From Malacoraja senta (lineage: Eukaryota): DNA of 64,000 nt. This document shows positions 25,201 through 36,750 of this stretch, in pieces. Position numbers and translations under genes: made by a program. Below the pieces are notes generated by a model that saw only the letters and a program-made list of their open reading frames with translations, ran no database searches and was not told the origin of the DNA. The stretch is from the NCBI GenBank assembly GCA_038087875.1, contig CM075990.1, forward strand, positions 5,084,001 through 5,148,000. The letters are read 5' to 3'. Numbering within the stretch: the first letter of the stretch is position 1; each line of letters begins with the position of its first letter.

Positions 25201-28200
25201 ACAGTGGCATTTAAGAGGATTTAGATAGGTGCATGGATATGCTGTGAATGGAGGGATAGAAATCATGTGCAGGCAGAGGAGATTAGTTTAACTTTAACTG
25301 GACAACATGTTCAGCACAGACATGATAGGCCCTTCACCTGTTTGTGCCCTGTACTAATGTTTAATGGTAACTTAGTCTACGTTCTCAGATTCTGGTTACA
25401 TACAAAAAAAGGTTGCAGAAGGTTTTAGTTAAAGACTGAACTAATCTGTAATTGTTAATGCTAATTTTGATTTGATTGCTCTTTATAGGGACAGAGATTT
25501 GTGCATCTTTTAAATTGTTGAATAACTGAAGGTACCAGAAGTTCTCTAAAACTGGCAAAATCTTTTCAAAACAAACATGAACTGAACCAAGATTTCAATT
25601 CCTCGGTATTTTTCAAGAGAACAACATCTACCTTATTTATATGGTGTTGTAATCGTACAAAATATCCCAAGCTACTTCATAACAATGTTGTCAAACAAAA
25701 ATACATAATGAAGCACACAATACAATTGATCAAGGTTTGGTCATAAGTTTATTTTAATTAAGCATCTTGAAGATGAAAAGGGAGAGTAATGGAATGTTAC
25801 ATAACCCAATTAACATGCTGTTAATCAAATCCCAAAGGATGAGCTGTGTTGATCTTGTACCATTAGTTAAAGACTCGTTATCTATACGTAGAAATAATCA
25901 CAATCCAAATCTTTCTGTGACTTTCTGAACTATTCACTTGAAAGAGTTGTTGGCCTTTTGTGGTAGCTGCTGTTTTAGAACATGCTGTTTATAATCTTTC
26001 AGCTTCAAGACAACTACACTCCCCCAGCTCCTATTACAGCTCCTGTTGTGAATTTCTCTATGGATACGCAAAAGGCCCGACCCCAGGGCCTCACTTCTCA
26101 GGAAACCAGCCAAGGACCTCCAGGGGCACCAAAAGAGGGCAACTTTCAGGTGTGTTCTTAAGTAAACGTTTGTGGCTTTGTTCTTGCTGTTGAGTGGTGC
26201 CTAGATTTGATTATGGCATGATTTATTGTGATTACTAATGCTGAGAGGGTTAAGTGCATTCTTGCATTTGGTCCTGGGGTGAAATTATACAGAACAAAAA
26301 TGTATCTACATCTTGTGTCACATTTTGAAAAACCCATGCGGTCATGGAGAATGTGCAAACTGAACCCAGGTTTCTTCCATTTGCACCGTTGTGCCACCCA
26401 ATTTCAATTTAAGATCCTGTATGATAAAATGTGGAAAAATGAAAGGAAAAAGATGATGTTCGGCACAAACAAATGATTGCATCAATATGTAATGAATTGG
26501 CCCATCTCCCCAAGCATTGTCTGTGTCCACACTACTTTGTATCACCAACAGCAATACGCCGTGAATCAAAATACATTATATAATGCAGGTCAGTGAGCTC
26601 AAAGTGGGGCCACACAGACATAATTGTGGAGAGCAAAATGGACACATGAGATTTGTCCCATTAATTTATAAATGATTAGTAATGCCACCACCTTCCCTGG
26701 CGACTGTCTCAAGTAGAACAAGAAAGTTTGCACCGTTTAATGTCCTTTGAACTTGGAGCTAAACTTGCCCTCTGTATCTCAGAATACGTTATTTACTCCT
26801 CCATAACATCACCCTTCTCTGTTTCTGTCTATATCTTCCGCCTCCTAAACCTCTAATCTATGTTTTAGTCACCTGTGGAGCATGTAGTCGCAGTAGGCAG
26901 GCTCCAACTTGCATGCAACTAAGGTTATCTTCAGCTCAGCTTGTGTCTGATCCAAGTTCCAATCTGTGCTGATCCATCCCAGAGGTTCGTATTTAAAATT
27001 GTGTTCCAGCCTTTTATCCCTTTAACCTCCTCCAGTTTTACAACCCTTCCACCATCCTTGCAACTCGAACTTCATCTTCTCCAAACCCTTCAGCGCACCA
27101 TTGTGGCTGTGGCCCATGATGGTGTTTTATCTTTGCGTTCCAAAGTTGCCTGCCTAAAATGCTCGACTTTTATGACTCTCTTCCTCATGATTTGGAAAAC
27201 GCACTATCCAAAAGCAGTCATTCCTCCCTTATCTTGGATATGGTCGAGTTCAGTACTAAACAATAGTGCGATCCATAAGTGTGCACGTGTGTATGCGCGC
27301 GCACTTATTTATTTATTTAATGAAGGGGTGACCCATGGTAGTAAAGCACTACTGATCAGATATTGTAAAAGATGAAGAGGCTATTTGTTCTTGTGGCTCA
27401 TCGTCTTTATGATGTTACTATTTTCGAGAAAAAATGAGTTCTTCCTATTTGCTCATTTGGCCATGGAGGTGGTGAGATAATCAGCTTTTGGGCAAAGGCA
27501 CAAAGAAGAAAAGAATCCTACTATTCTTTCAAAAGTACTTTTGTCTCTTCAGCAAAACACACCTGTGGAACTCGGCAGGTTAGGCAGCATCTGCAGAGGG
27601 AATGAACAAGCAACGTTTTCGGCTGGAATCCTTCTCAAGGCATCATTTGTCCATTCAGGCCACAGATGCTGCCTGACCCGATGAGTTCCTCCAGTACTTT
27701 GTTTTTTGCTCAATATTCCAGCATCTGCAGTTTCATGTGTCTCCATTAAGGGCCTGTCCCACTTTCACGACCTAATTCACGACCTCTGCCGAGTTTGCCC
27801 TTGACTCATACTCGCAGCATGGTCGTAGGTAGGTCGTAGCAGGCCGTGATGCTAGTCGTAGATACTCGTGGCATCAAGTAGGTCGGGGCATTTTTCTAGC
27901 CTGATGAAAAATGTCCACGAGTAAAAAAGGTCGTGAATTAGGTTGTGAAAGTGGGACAGGCCCTTAAGTCCCTTCAGATTGATTTCAGCTCCTTCACATC
28001 AGTTTGAACCAGAATATTCAGATTTAATTTAATGACCATTTCAGAACACATCATTTGCAATTTACCTAACGTGTGGTAAACTTGTAGCTTACCCTCTTGA
28101 GTGGTGTAACCTGAAAACTGCTACATTTACCTGGATGTATAAAATAAGAACAGCGCAAAACTGTCCATTGTGAAACCTGGAGAAAGGATCGAGTGAAAAT

Positions 28201-31200
28201 GTTGTATAGTTCAGATTTTGTTTACATATAATTTGAGCTTCCAAGAGTGCTACCTTTTATCCAAATATAATAACGTAGGAGTAAAATCTTTACACCGATG
28301 CCACAGAGTACATCTGCAGCCACTTTATTACATGAATTCCTGTCTACCTATCTTTTGAGCCGTGTACTGATGCGTTTTTCCATTGTGGTTGGGCGTGAAA
28401 TGCATATCCTGCTACATATGCCGTGTTCCTCCTTCCCTTTTGGCTCCATATTAGTAATCTAAGCAGTGATATGTTTGCTGTTTCACTTCCAGCCCCTACA
28501 ACAACTGCCCACAGAGAAGATTGTGAAGAAGCAAATTCCAGAAGAGCACATGATATTGATGACCACGTTTGATGGGCTGGTACAACGATGCCTTTTAGCT
28601 GCTGCTGACCCTGTATGTCACTGAACAATAATCCTATTACTGAAATAAGTTGATTACTATCCGCATCTTTATTATAAAAATGGTATTCATGTGTTTTTGT
28701 ACATAATGAAGTGTGGGGTTTTGTATGTATGTGTGTGTGGGGACTGCAAACTGCTGGTACAATGAAATCGGTTAAATTACCATGGAAAATGGGTATGTGA
28801 GATGAGGGGTTTAGATTATTCGGTACTTCTGTTGCTAAAATGTATTGTATTCGCTCCAATTTTCCAGAGTTGAAAACCACTGAATTCCTATCACCCAGCT
28901 TTGGGAAGGATGTCATTAAGTTACAAATGATGAAGAGATTCATCGGGATGTTACCTGGACTTGCAGGCTTGAATGATAGTGAGAGGTTGAACAAGCTGGG
29001 ACTTTTTACTTTGGAGCTTAGGAGGCTGAGGTGTGACCAAGATCACGAGAGGCATAGATAAAGTGAACGTTCAGAGTCCATTTCCCAAGCCAGAGGATTC
29101 TAAAACTAGAAGGCATAGGCGGGGAGAGATTTAAGAGAGACCTCGGAGGCAACTTTTTCACGCAGAGGATAGTCTGTATCTAAAATGAACGTCCAGAGGA
29201 AGCTATAGAAGTGGATACAATTATGAATTTTAACGTGAACATTAAGTGACCTGCCCTGAAACAATTGCAATTACAGGTAGACACAAAAAGCTGGAGTAAC
29301 TCAACGGGTCAGGCAGCATCTCTGGAGAAAAGGAATAGGTGACGTTTCAGGTCGAGACCCATCTTACTGAGAGACTGAGAGTAAGGGGAAGGGGAAATGA
29401 GAGATAGAAGGTACATAGTACAAATGAATGAAAGATATGCAGAAAACAATGATGATCAAGGAAAGGTGAAGCCCGTTGTTGTCTGTAGGGTAGGTGATAA
29501 CAAGTTATACAGACAGTGAAACTCAACAGGACGACAGTGAAGCTAGTACGTCGACAAGGGTGGTGAAGAGACTGAGAGAGAGAGAGAGAGGATGCAAGGG
29601 TGTTGTGTTCGCGGTCCTTTGCCAGTTGGGAAGTGTTTCAAGCAGAAACAAATTGTAACCAGAAACATCATATTTCAAGGCATCAGTTTCTGGCCAAGAA
29701 AAATTGAGAAATACTAAATCTGAACCATCAGCCCACTTAGAGTAGGTTTGTCCTAATGATAAGTCCTATTGAAGGGTGGCCATCTGTAGTCCACTAATGC
29801 TCACTGCAAATTCTTGCAACTATGTAAATTGTAAGCCCTAAATCTCAGATGTTCTCGGGTGTGAATCTTCCACACATTATTAATTTTAAATGTTTATGAA
29901 AAAGGAACTGGTTGGTTCCAACATTTTAGTAAGGTGATTTGTAAATAAAGCAAATTGATGCACACATTTCAATGCAGCTCCCTGTCGGTGTGAATTGAGG
30001 CATTGCCTTTTTGGGTGGTATAGGTGCCCCATGACACATACTGGATTAAGTGCTGAACAGTCTGACTCAAGATTGCAGCTTTATGCTTAATACGGATTAT
30101 TTTGAGCAACCACACTGAACATTAGTGTTTCACTGGTGATTTTGTGCATCTGGATGATGATTTTATCAGACAAAAATTCTGATTAGGATTTAATTGTGCT
30201 CAGCCAAATCAAATCAGATGTTTGTCATTACTTTTCTTTTAATGGAGAGGGGTCGGAACAAAGGGGAGTAACATAAGAGGCTGAACTTGATTGTTCTTGA
30301 CCTATTGACGTTTATATACTGAGTATGTGACCAAGTAGTAGCCAGCTGTAGACCAAGTGTTCCTTTCATATTGAAGTGTTTACCCCCTTGACATTCTAGT
30401 TATTTTAAAACTTTTAATGGGGCAAACAAGTCATTGTTAGAGGATATATTCTTGGACATAACATTGATAATACACATGCTTTCACTTATTTTCAGCAGTC
30501 AGCTCCATTAATTTAACATTGAATCTACTGTTGGTACACTGTTTATTAACTGTACCAAAGTAAATTACTGCATTATTTTGAAGTCATGCGATGGCTTGAA
30601 GATAATCCGTTGTAACTGAACCAATATAATCAGAAATTCCTACTAGAAACTTAGCATCAGTGTAGGTTGCCTAGCTACCCCATACTGACTTTGAGTTTAG
30701 ATTGAACTGTGACAGTCACCAAACTTTGTCTAGTGTGATGCTTTAGTCTGACCACCAAATATCAAAGCTCCTATCTTACAATGCATAAATTGTAGTTTAC
30801 TTGATTGCAGTAATAAGAGAGAAAAAATGCCCAGTAATAAGAGAAAAAAAAATCCAACATGCCTCAAAAATGTAATTGTCTTTCTATCATAACAAATGCA
30901 CAAGGCATTTCACCCAGAGGCCAAGTTGCCGGCAACTGATTTGCTATGCTCGTGGCTGCCTATTTTTCTCTAATGACATTGTCTTCACTGTACTTTGATC
31001 GTTGTCTTCACTCTTTTCATCGCCTCTTGTATGTCTAAGCTGCTTTCTCTCTCACTCGTTACGTCATTCACATTTTCTACTACATCCTTTCTTCCTCTTA
31101 CAGTGAAATTGCTGTTTCAACAAATTGATCTCCTTGATGCCTTGCTTAAAGGCAGTTACTTCAGCATGCCAATCTAATTATTTTACCACCAACAATATTC

Positions 31201-34200
31201 TTCATCCAATGACATTGTTTCTTCTTATCTCCATTGGCATGAAAATCTCACATCTCTATTACAAGAACTGTCTCCCAAAGCTTCATTTTTTTTTTGTCAT
31301 TCAGAGTTGCTACTTCCTCATGCAGGCAATTCTTCTATATTAGTTTCTCCACACTCCATCGTCTAATACCTAAATCTCCAATCAAATATGATCAGCCATT
31401 TTCTGAATTTTTTTTTTTTAACTCCCATGCATGTTTTCATACAGGGTCTCTGTTTTTCCGGCTAATTGTTAATTAAGATTAATTGCATCGTCTTCTACTC
31501 AGCAATTTATTTGCAGAAAATAGTTGTTTTGAAATCCTTGGAAAACCTGTCTTTCCTTGCTCCCACAGTCTTAAAACCGATAAAATGCAACATGAAATAG
31601 AAAAATACTTGAAGAACTTAACAGGTTTTGTGGAGACACGGAATTAACTTTTCAGGAGAGAGATCGTTGATCTGAAATGTCAACTGTTTCTCCCCTACAC
31701 ATTCTGTTTGACCTGACTTTTCCAAGCAATTTCTGTTTTTATTTCAGATTTCCAACATCTTCAGTAATTTGCTTTTGGATCAATGTTAAAACCCAAAGCC
31801 TGCTTTCACTCAATCATTTCCTCCTTTGCCTTTTGTCTCCCCTGTTCTTTTCAGACTTGGTAATGGACTTCTTGCACCATACATGGCATCTTCGTTTCAC
31901 ACAATAAAATGCTTAACCCAATGTAGTAGTGTCACAAGGCAGTGCAAGTAATACCACAGAGGCTGTCCTGTAATCAAAAGAATCAATATATACCAAAGGA
32001 AAACGTGCATGAAAGAGGGCATTGTTGTGCACTTGTTTGCATGGAAGAGGCAAAGTGTAAAAATGCATTATGCACAATCTCGGCAAAGGTTTGAATAGAC
32101 AAGACTGATGAACATTTACATTTCAAACCACATTAATTCAGTGAATTCTGAATTATTCCACAGCAGACGAAGAGGAAGCTAGATGATGCTGCAAAGCGAC
32201 TGGATTACCTCTACGATAAACTGAGAGAACAAACTGTAAGTGATAATAGTTTTAACATAAAGTAACATAAATTGTATTTGTTTCTGAAGAGATTCCACGG
32301 TGTGATAGGACAAGTGGATTCACAATGATACATGGAATGCCATATTTTAAAGCAAATCAGCAGCGAAGAAAGGCTTTTCCACAAATATTGCTGGACTCTG
32401 TTTAGATTGGTTATCCATATGTATGAGAAAGATTGAAATAAAAGAGGCTGGGAATAAATGTTTATCCTCTTCTAGTTGCTCCTAGACAAGAGATTCTTTT
32501 GTTATGAAGTTATTCAGAAGTAGTTTTGAGATTAATTCTTGGTGGTGGGTAGGAACTTGGAGAGGGAGAAATGGTATGAAAGAAAAGTTTTTGAAAGTGT
32601 AACTCAAGAGATTATTTACATTGCTTATTAATCACTCTGCAGTTCATAATGTGCTTTTTGTGTGCGACGGATTTGAAATTTTGATATTAGTAAACTGTCT
32701 GCAAATGACAGGAGGTGGTATAATGATCACAATTAGTTCAGCAGGCAAAGAACGTTTGCTGAAAATAAACTTCTTCACGGTTACTGCCCATCTTCTGAGT
32801 GTTTTCCAGGCATTTCTATTTTAGATATCCAGCACCTGCGGGATTTTATTCTTTACAAACGTTATCTTGCTGTCCTTTCATACTTCCAAGCAAGTTAGAA
32901 GAATGTTATCATGCTTCTGAGAAATTATTGATCCTCAACATATAACTGCCCGTAATTAGACTGAATAACCAACCCGAAGGGATATCTGATATTGGAAATC
33001 TTATGTGAAATTGGCTCATGTAGGATCAAGAATTAGGCAATGGTGTAGAAAACCCTGGTCAGAATCTGCTTGATCTTTATTCGCTGAATACAAAGTCTGA
33101 AAAATGATTGCCAACCACGATTTTATTTTTCTTCTAATCTTGACATTTATCTTATTGTAGAGGAAAGAAAGGTCTGTTGAGGAAAGAAAGGGCTGTTTAT
33201 GCCTCACAAGAGTCGTAAATGGAAAATCTAGACTAGGAAGTAAATGCAGATAACTCAACCTGTCTCCTTTCATGAGTGGTGGCAGTTTAATTTTGGACGG
33301 TGATTTTCTTTGGCTATTTTGCTCCCATTCTCACCTCTCAAATTTATTGGTCCTGAGGTTGTGGCTATTTAGAAATTGTCCGGTACATCTCAAGCAAATG
33401 ACGATATGGGCAATAAATGTCAGCGGCAGTTCAGTCATAGAAGAATCCCTGTCAAACCCAATCCTGTCATACCCAACACACATTTATTCGCAGTGAATGG
33501 ATGAGGACACCAGCTACCTGACAGGAACACCACCTCTATCCTCCAATCTCCCGTACCACAGCAGTAGGTATCATCACCATTTTGCTAATGCAGAATAGAT
33601 TAAAAACGGAGCACACTGAAGGAACTAATTAAATCATAACAGTCTGAATGATTTTGGTGTTCCACACTATTTTTTCATTTATTCTTTGGTGTTCTCATGT
33701 ATATGTGAAAGCACATGAAAGTGTTCATAACAAAATTAGTCATAACAACGGTCATGTTATACTTAAGAGCTTGTATAACTAGTTTTTTTTTAATTATGAT
33801 CGGTGACCAGTTAGGTAGACATTAAATTGAAGATTAATAAACTATGAGGTAAAGAACCAGGTAGATTTAAAAACAGACCATACTCTTAGAGGGTTTATAT
33901 TTGAGATTCATTTTATATTTCCACTAAATGTTCTATATCTGGAATCTGAAGCTCATTAAAAGTTTGTCTTTGTCCAGTTTAGTTGAGGCCAGTCAATGCT
34001 TCAGTTTGTGTTCAAGGTATGTGTGTGTGTGAAATATATAGCAAAAGTGTATGTGCTATAATACTATTCTCAAGGGCGTTGCTAATTTTTTTGTTTCCTG
34101 CTATGCAGCTCTCTCCACACATTTTAAGTGGGCTACATGAAATTGTGCGGAATGTCGAGGTGTGCAATTACCAGCAAGCGTTGGCTGTTCACACTCACGT

Positions 34201-34288
34201 TGTGAGTAGCAGCAACTTCAGCGAGATCTCTGCATTCATGCCCGTTCTAAAAGTTGTTGTGACAATCGCCAACAAGCTCAACATCTGA
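1079..34288 (+). CDS. sec31b: Protein transport protein Sec31B (COPII outer coat), 3' part of gene; 5' WD40 exons lie upstream of the window. Exons: 1079-1257, 2397-2523, 4685-4830, 5521-5694, 7110-7295, 8143-8344, 9509-9907, (14075-14113 candidate), 15985-16043, 26003-26149, 28493-28612, 32164-32235, 34109-34288
   Basis: All exons are bounded by AG/GT with consistent phases (1991 nt + 1 upstream nt = 664 codons incl. stop). Translation follows the Sec31 ACE1 solenoid, Pro-rich linker, GWNDPP motif and C-terminal helical domain. The C-terminus ([14 protein letters not shown]...[16 protein letters not shown]) and convergent adjacency to WNT8B, as in human, favour SEC31B over SEC31A. Confidence 0.93.
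1275..1460. mobile_element. Penelope-like terminal-repeat fragment, fold-back (inverted + direct) arrangement
   Basis: GGTCAGGCAGCATCTC..GGAGAAAAGGAATAGGTG followed by its reverse complement and the GTTACTCCAG..CAGCATCTGCAGTTCCTTCC tail. Confidence 0.75.
2397..2523 (+). CDS. sec31b: sec31b exon ([42 protein letters not shown])
   Basis: ttacAG acceptor, G|GTAGG donor; conserved NWxEALAAxLTYA. Confidence 0.95.
3340..4300 (-). mobile_element. old, degraded CR1-type LINE fragment
   Basis: Minus strand reads KFADN (RT FADD-like) near 4211-4227, with decayed CR1 3' sequence; interrupted by another repeat near 3915-3990. Confidence 0.55.
4685..4830 (+). CDS. sec31b: sec31b exon ([49 protein letters not shown])
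   Basis: ctgcAG acceptor, GAG|GTAGG donor; conserved [16 protein letters not shown]. Confidence 0.95.
5521..5694 (+). CDS. sec31b: sec31b exon ([16 protein letters not shown]...[25 protein letters not shown])
   Basis: tatcAG acceptor, CAG|GTTTG donor; conserved QYAxLLAAQG. Confidence 0.95.
7110..7295 (+). CDS. sec31b: sec31b exon ([28 protein letters not shown]...AQQPSQQ)
   Basis: ttgtcAG acceptor, CAG|GTAAGT donor; DRLFHAQG motif at the end of the ACE1 region. Confidence 0.9.
7845..8041. mobile_element. putative Tc1/mariner-pogo (Tigger-like) MITE
   Basis: TA|CAGATCCTCCCCAG ... CTGGGGAGGGACCTG|TA: imperfect TIR with CAG...CTG ends and TA flanks. Confidence 0.5.
8143..8344 (+). CDS. sec31b: sec31b proline-rich region exon ([24 protein letters not shown]...PTTISAP)
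   Basis: ttttgtcttcAG acceptor, CAG|GTAATT donor; open frame, phase 0->1 fits neighbouring exons. Confidence 0.85.
8924..9200 (+). mobile_element. tRNA-derived V-SINE (HE1-like)
   Basis: B-box GGTTCGATCC, central GGAGTTTGTACATTCTCCCC..TTTCCTCCCAC, tail GGGCCTGTTTCC..(CTAAA)n. Confidence 0.85.
9509..9907 (+). CDS. sec31b: sec31b proline-rich region exon ([22 protein letters not shown]...ATIPPPPPT)
   Basis: ttccatAG acceptor, CAG|GTATT donor; lies within ORF 9448-9939; phase 1->1. Confidence 0.9.
12081..12297. mobile_element. Penelope-like fold-back insertion with 13-bp TSD
   Basis: Flanked by TGGCACAATGTTA (12068-12080) and TGGCATAATGTTA (12298-12310); contains CTGAAGAAGGGTCTCGACCCGAAAC. 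Confidence 0.8.
14075..14113 (+). CDS. sec31b: candidate 39-nt frame-preserving cassette exon of sec31b ([13 protein letters not shown])
   Basis: ttctttgatttttttcAG-type acceptor, CAG|GTGAAA donor, phase 1->1, no stop codon; no transcript evidence available. Confidence 0.5.
14947..15311 (+). mobile_element. CR1 LINE 3' fragment
   Basis: ORF2 C-terminus ([23 protein letters not shown]) and (CTTATGAC)n tail. Confidence 0.9.
15985..16043 (+). CDS. sec31b: sec31b exon with the Sec23/Sar1-GAP-stimulating motif ([20 protein letters not shown])
   Basis: tttcaatAG acceptor, ATC|GTAAGT donor; GWNDPP motif. Confidence 0.93.
16154..16870 (-). mobile_element. CR1 LINE 3' fragment, open ORF2 C-terminal 195 aa
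   Basis: [34 protein letters not shown]; (TTTCTATG)n tail. Confidence 0.95.
18760..19280 (-). mobile_element. degraded LINE 3' fragment (L2/Rex1-Babar-like)
   Basis: Fragmentary VVESFKF and FPTVIRLVN translations typical of fish CR1-group LINE C-termini. Confidence 0.5.
19554..20391 (+). mobile_element. HE1-like V-SINE split by a CR1 insertion
   Basis: tRNA-like head and central domain 19554-19685; remainder (TTTTCTCCCACATTCCAAA...CTAAACTAAA) at 20240-20391. Confidence 0.8.
19686..20239 (+). mobile_element. young CR1 LINE 3' fragment nested in a SINE
   Basis: Open ORF2 C-terminus ([30 protein letters not shown]...) and TTTCTATGTTTCTATG tail. Confidence 0.95.
21614..21687. repeat. perfect 74-bp palindrome (37-bp arms, no spacer)
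   Basis: AAAAATGAAAACCGCTTGAATACAATGTGAATTTGAG|CTCAAATTCACATTGTATTCAAGCGGTTTTCATTTTT. Confidence 0.97.
22325..22670 (-). mobile_element. degraded HE1-like V-SINE
   Basis: Reverse complement of B-box (GGATTGAACCCGGG) and central domain (CCGGAGCACCC..GAAAATCC). Confidence 0.7.
22763..23325 (-). mobile_element. young CR1 LINE 3' fragment
   Basis: Same subfamily as 19686-20239; (CATAGAAA)n tail on the plus strand. Confidence 0.95.
26003..26149 (+). CDS. sec31b: sec31b exon ([19 protein letters not shown]...[11 protein letters not shown])
   Basis: ctttcAG acceptor, CAG|GTGTG donor; PPAPITAPV motif. Confidence 0.92.
27750..27963. mobile_element. MITE with 36-bp TIRs flanked by TTAA (Kolobok- or PIF/Harbinger-type)
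   Basis: TTAA|GGGCCTGTCCCACTTTCACGACCTAATTCACGACCT ... AGGTCGTGAATTAGGTTGTGAAAGTGGGACAGGCCC|TTAA (1 mismatch). Confidence 0.9.
28493..28612 (+). CDS. sec31b: sec31b exon ([40 protein letters not shown])
   Basis: cttccAG acceptor, CCT|GTATGT donor; start of the C-terminal helical domain. Confidence 0.94.
28880..29235 (+). mobile_element. degraded CR1 LINE fragment
   Basis: [27 protein letters not shown] translation. Confidence 0.8.
29277..29600 (-). mobile_element. Penelope-like terminal repeat plus pyrimidine-rich 3' region
   Basis: AGACACAAAAAGCTGGAGTAACTC..GGTGACGTTTC followed by purine-rich sequence shared with 40197-40560. Confidence 0.75.
32164..32235 (+). CDS. sec31b: sec31b exon ([24 protein letters not shown])
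   Basis: ccacAG acceptor (CAGCAG tandem), ACT|GTAAGT donor. Confidence 0.95.
34109..34288 (+). CDS. sec31b: sec31b terminal coding exon ([59 protein letters not shown])
   Basis: atgcAG acceptor; TGA at 34286-34288. Confidence 0.95.
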   Translation, partial: LSPHILSGLHEIVRNVEVCNYQQALAVHTHVVSSSNFSEISAFMPVLKVVVTIANKLNI

Positions 34289-35600
34289 GAAAGCTGCCAA
34301 TCGCAGGATTTCACATTTGAGGATAAGGATACTTGGATTTTTGAATTGTTTGCTTTTTCTTCAGTGTTTTGATTCGTTGAATATGAAGAGTGTTAACGTT
34401 TGCGATATTTAGCGAAGCCTATCTTTGAAAGTTCAGCTTTTCTGTGAAATGCATCACACAAGTAGTGCATCACTTATAAATGCACTGAACTGGGTTGAAT
34501 CTGGTTAATTCCTAACATTGAAAACTCTGGAGAAAACCTAATCAACACCCATTGGCAGGGTCCAGACAATAAGCTTCTGATTTGTACTCGCCTTGTGCTA
34601 CTTCTTTCCTGAAGGTCAATTAGGCAGTCGCAATGTATTTGTATAGCCTTTGTGTTAAGGTTCACCATTGTTCTTCTCTGCGGCCACTGATATCCCACAA
34701 ATAGCTAGAATATGTCTCATAGCTACGCTGTATTGGTTAAATATTGCTCTTGTATCCTAAACAGGAACGACTAACTTGGAAATAGAAATGTCAAATAAAT
34801 TGGCTTCATCCACAAATCCTACAATTATTCCATCAGCCATATCGGTAATGAGAAATAGGATAAACTCCCTCTCAAACTCTCAATGGAGGACACGACTCAA
34901 GGTCAAAACAGGACAGTTCACCTTGGAGATAGGTTAACATAGAAGACAAGTTTATAAGCTTTATATTTAATCTGGAAAAGCTTTGGGCAAAATACAATGA
35001 CGCTTTAAAAAAACAAAAAAAACATTATCTTTTTGTATTCTGTAAAATTTATACTAAATTGTGGGTTTACTTCAGCTGATAGGTTGGCGCTATTGCCACA
35101 TCGAGCTGGTACACCTCAGCCTCACTGTTGTCATGATGGTGATTTTGGAATGTCTGATTTCAGGGATCATTGTGCTATTGTTAATGCAGATATTTGCCTG
35201 TCAGCTTTAATTATGGAACCCTAAAAAATGGCACGGCGGTGATAAACAGAGTATTTTTAAGAAAATGCATACTCTGAAGAATATGTTACAAATGCCAGGA
35301 CACTCTGAGGTCAAATTCTTTGCACTCCTGATTGGCAACATACATTGAGGGATTGGACTCTGTTGCCTATTGTCATCCTCATTTGACCTCAAGGAATTCA
35401 ACAATAGACAAAATAGCCATCATTTAGGCATGTGAAAATATTCTGGTTATTTCTGTGACAACAGTGTAAGCAGCTTTTTTTAGATTGCACAAAATCCAGT
35501 TACTGTGTCTCAAATGCGTAAATGCTGCCTTTCCGCACAAATATTTATGACATTGCCACAATAGCATATTTTTTCATTCAATATTGTGAATATGGAAAAA

Positions 35601-35606
35601 AATAAA
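35601..35606 (+). promoter_or_regulatory. candidate sec31b polyadenylation signal AATAAA (a proximal one is at 34794-34799)
   Basis: AATAAA at the end of an AT-rich non-repeat stretch, followed by T/GT-rich sequence and then a CR1 remnant. Confidence 0.45.
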
Positions 35607-35699
35607 GTTTTTTTTCCAATTGAAAACTTGAATTGAAATTTGTAGTGTTTACAGTTTAGAGCAGTACCTGCTATTCACTCATGTACACATCTTTTATCT

Positions 35700-36135
35700 T
35701 AGTATGGTACTGTGTGCAGTTCTGGTCACCACACTATGGGAAGCATGGGATTGCACAGCAGAGGGTGCAGCGGAGATTCATCAAGATGTTGCCTGGGATG
35801 GAAAATGTCAATCGTGAGGAGAGTTTGGGTAGGCTAGCTTGACTTTCCACGGAGTGGAGGAGATTGAGTGGTGACCTGATAGAGATATAGAGAATCATGA
35901 GGGGGATCGATAGGGTAGATAGTAAAAATTTTAACATGCAGAGCATAGATGGGATCTTGAATGCACTACCTGAAGTGGTGATGAGGCAGATAATCTCGCT
36001 AAATCTAAGCATTTAGACAAGTGCATGAATTGCCACGGCTTTGGATCAAATGTGGCGAAATAAGATTAGTAAAGAACAGTACAATGATCTGCAAGGACAT
36101 AGTAGGTCAAGGGGTCTGTTGCCGTGCTCTGTCTC
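35700..36135 (+). mobile_element. degraded CR1 LINE fragment
   Basis: TACTGTGTGCAGTTCTGGTCACC (YCVQFWSP) and GTGCAGCGGAGATTC (VQRRF). Confidence 0.8.
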
Positions 36136-36142
36136 CATGACT

Positions 36143-36750
36143 ACATGCAAGCTAGAGGAACAGCACCTCACATTCCAAAAGGGTAGTCTTCAACCCGACG
36201 GCATGAACATTGAATTCTCCAATTGCAGGTAATCTTCTACTTCTCCATCCCTTTCTCCTGACCTACCGCGTCCTCTCACATACACCTATCGTTTCAACCC
36301 CACCCACAGCCATCTATTATCCAATTTATTTCCTCTCCCACACCCACTCCATCTTGCATCACCCACAAACCCTTCCCACAGGTTCTCCTCCCCGCACTGT
36401 TCCCATCTGCCCACCCAAACTCCCTTATTTGGTTCCACGCTTCACCTTTCTGTCTTACCAGATTCGATCATCTGCAGCCCTTTGTTGCCTCCACCTATCA
36501 CCTTGCAGCCTATGAAACTATTTCCACCCTTCCTTCCTCCATCTTCCAATCAGCCTCTCCTCACTTGGATTCACCTATTGCTTGCCAGCTTTGACCTTCC
36601 TTCTCCTCATCCTTTATACTGGCTATCTCCGCTGAAGGGACCTGACCTGCAATGTCAACCTTTCATCTCCCTCCACAGATGCTGCCTGACCCACTGAGTT
36701 CCTCCAAAAGTTTAGTTGTTGCTCCAGATTCCAACACCTGCAGCTTCTTA
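36143..36750 (+). mobile_element. Penelope-like element 3' end: GIY-YIG C-terminus, C/T-rich UTR, terminal repeat
   Basis: KLEEQHLTFQKGSLQPDGMNIEFSN (E..xI..L....P.GxN motif of GIY-YIG), then GATGCTGCCTGACCCACTGAGTTCCTCC. Confidence 0.8.

Noticed and set aside
28344-28994. 216-aa minus-strand ORF
   Set aside because: It spans the antisense of a sec31b exon and a CR1 remnant, with no recognisable domain.
1079-34288. Assignment as sec31a
   Set aside because: Adjacency to wnt8b, the short PPAPITAPV exon and the LSPH..GLHE C-terminus fit SEC31B better; a phylogenetic tree would settle it.
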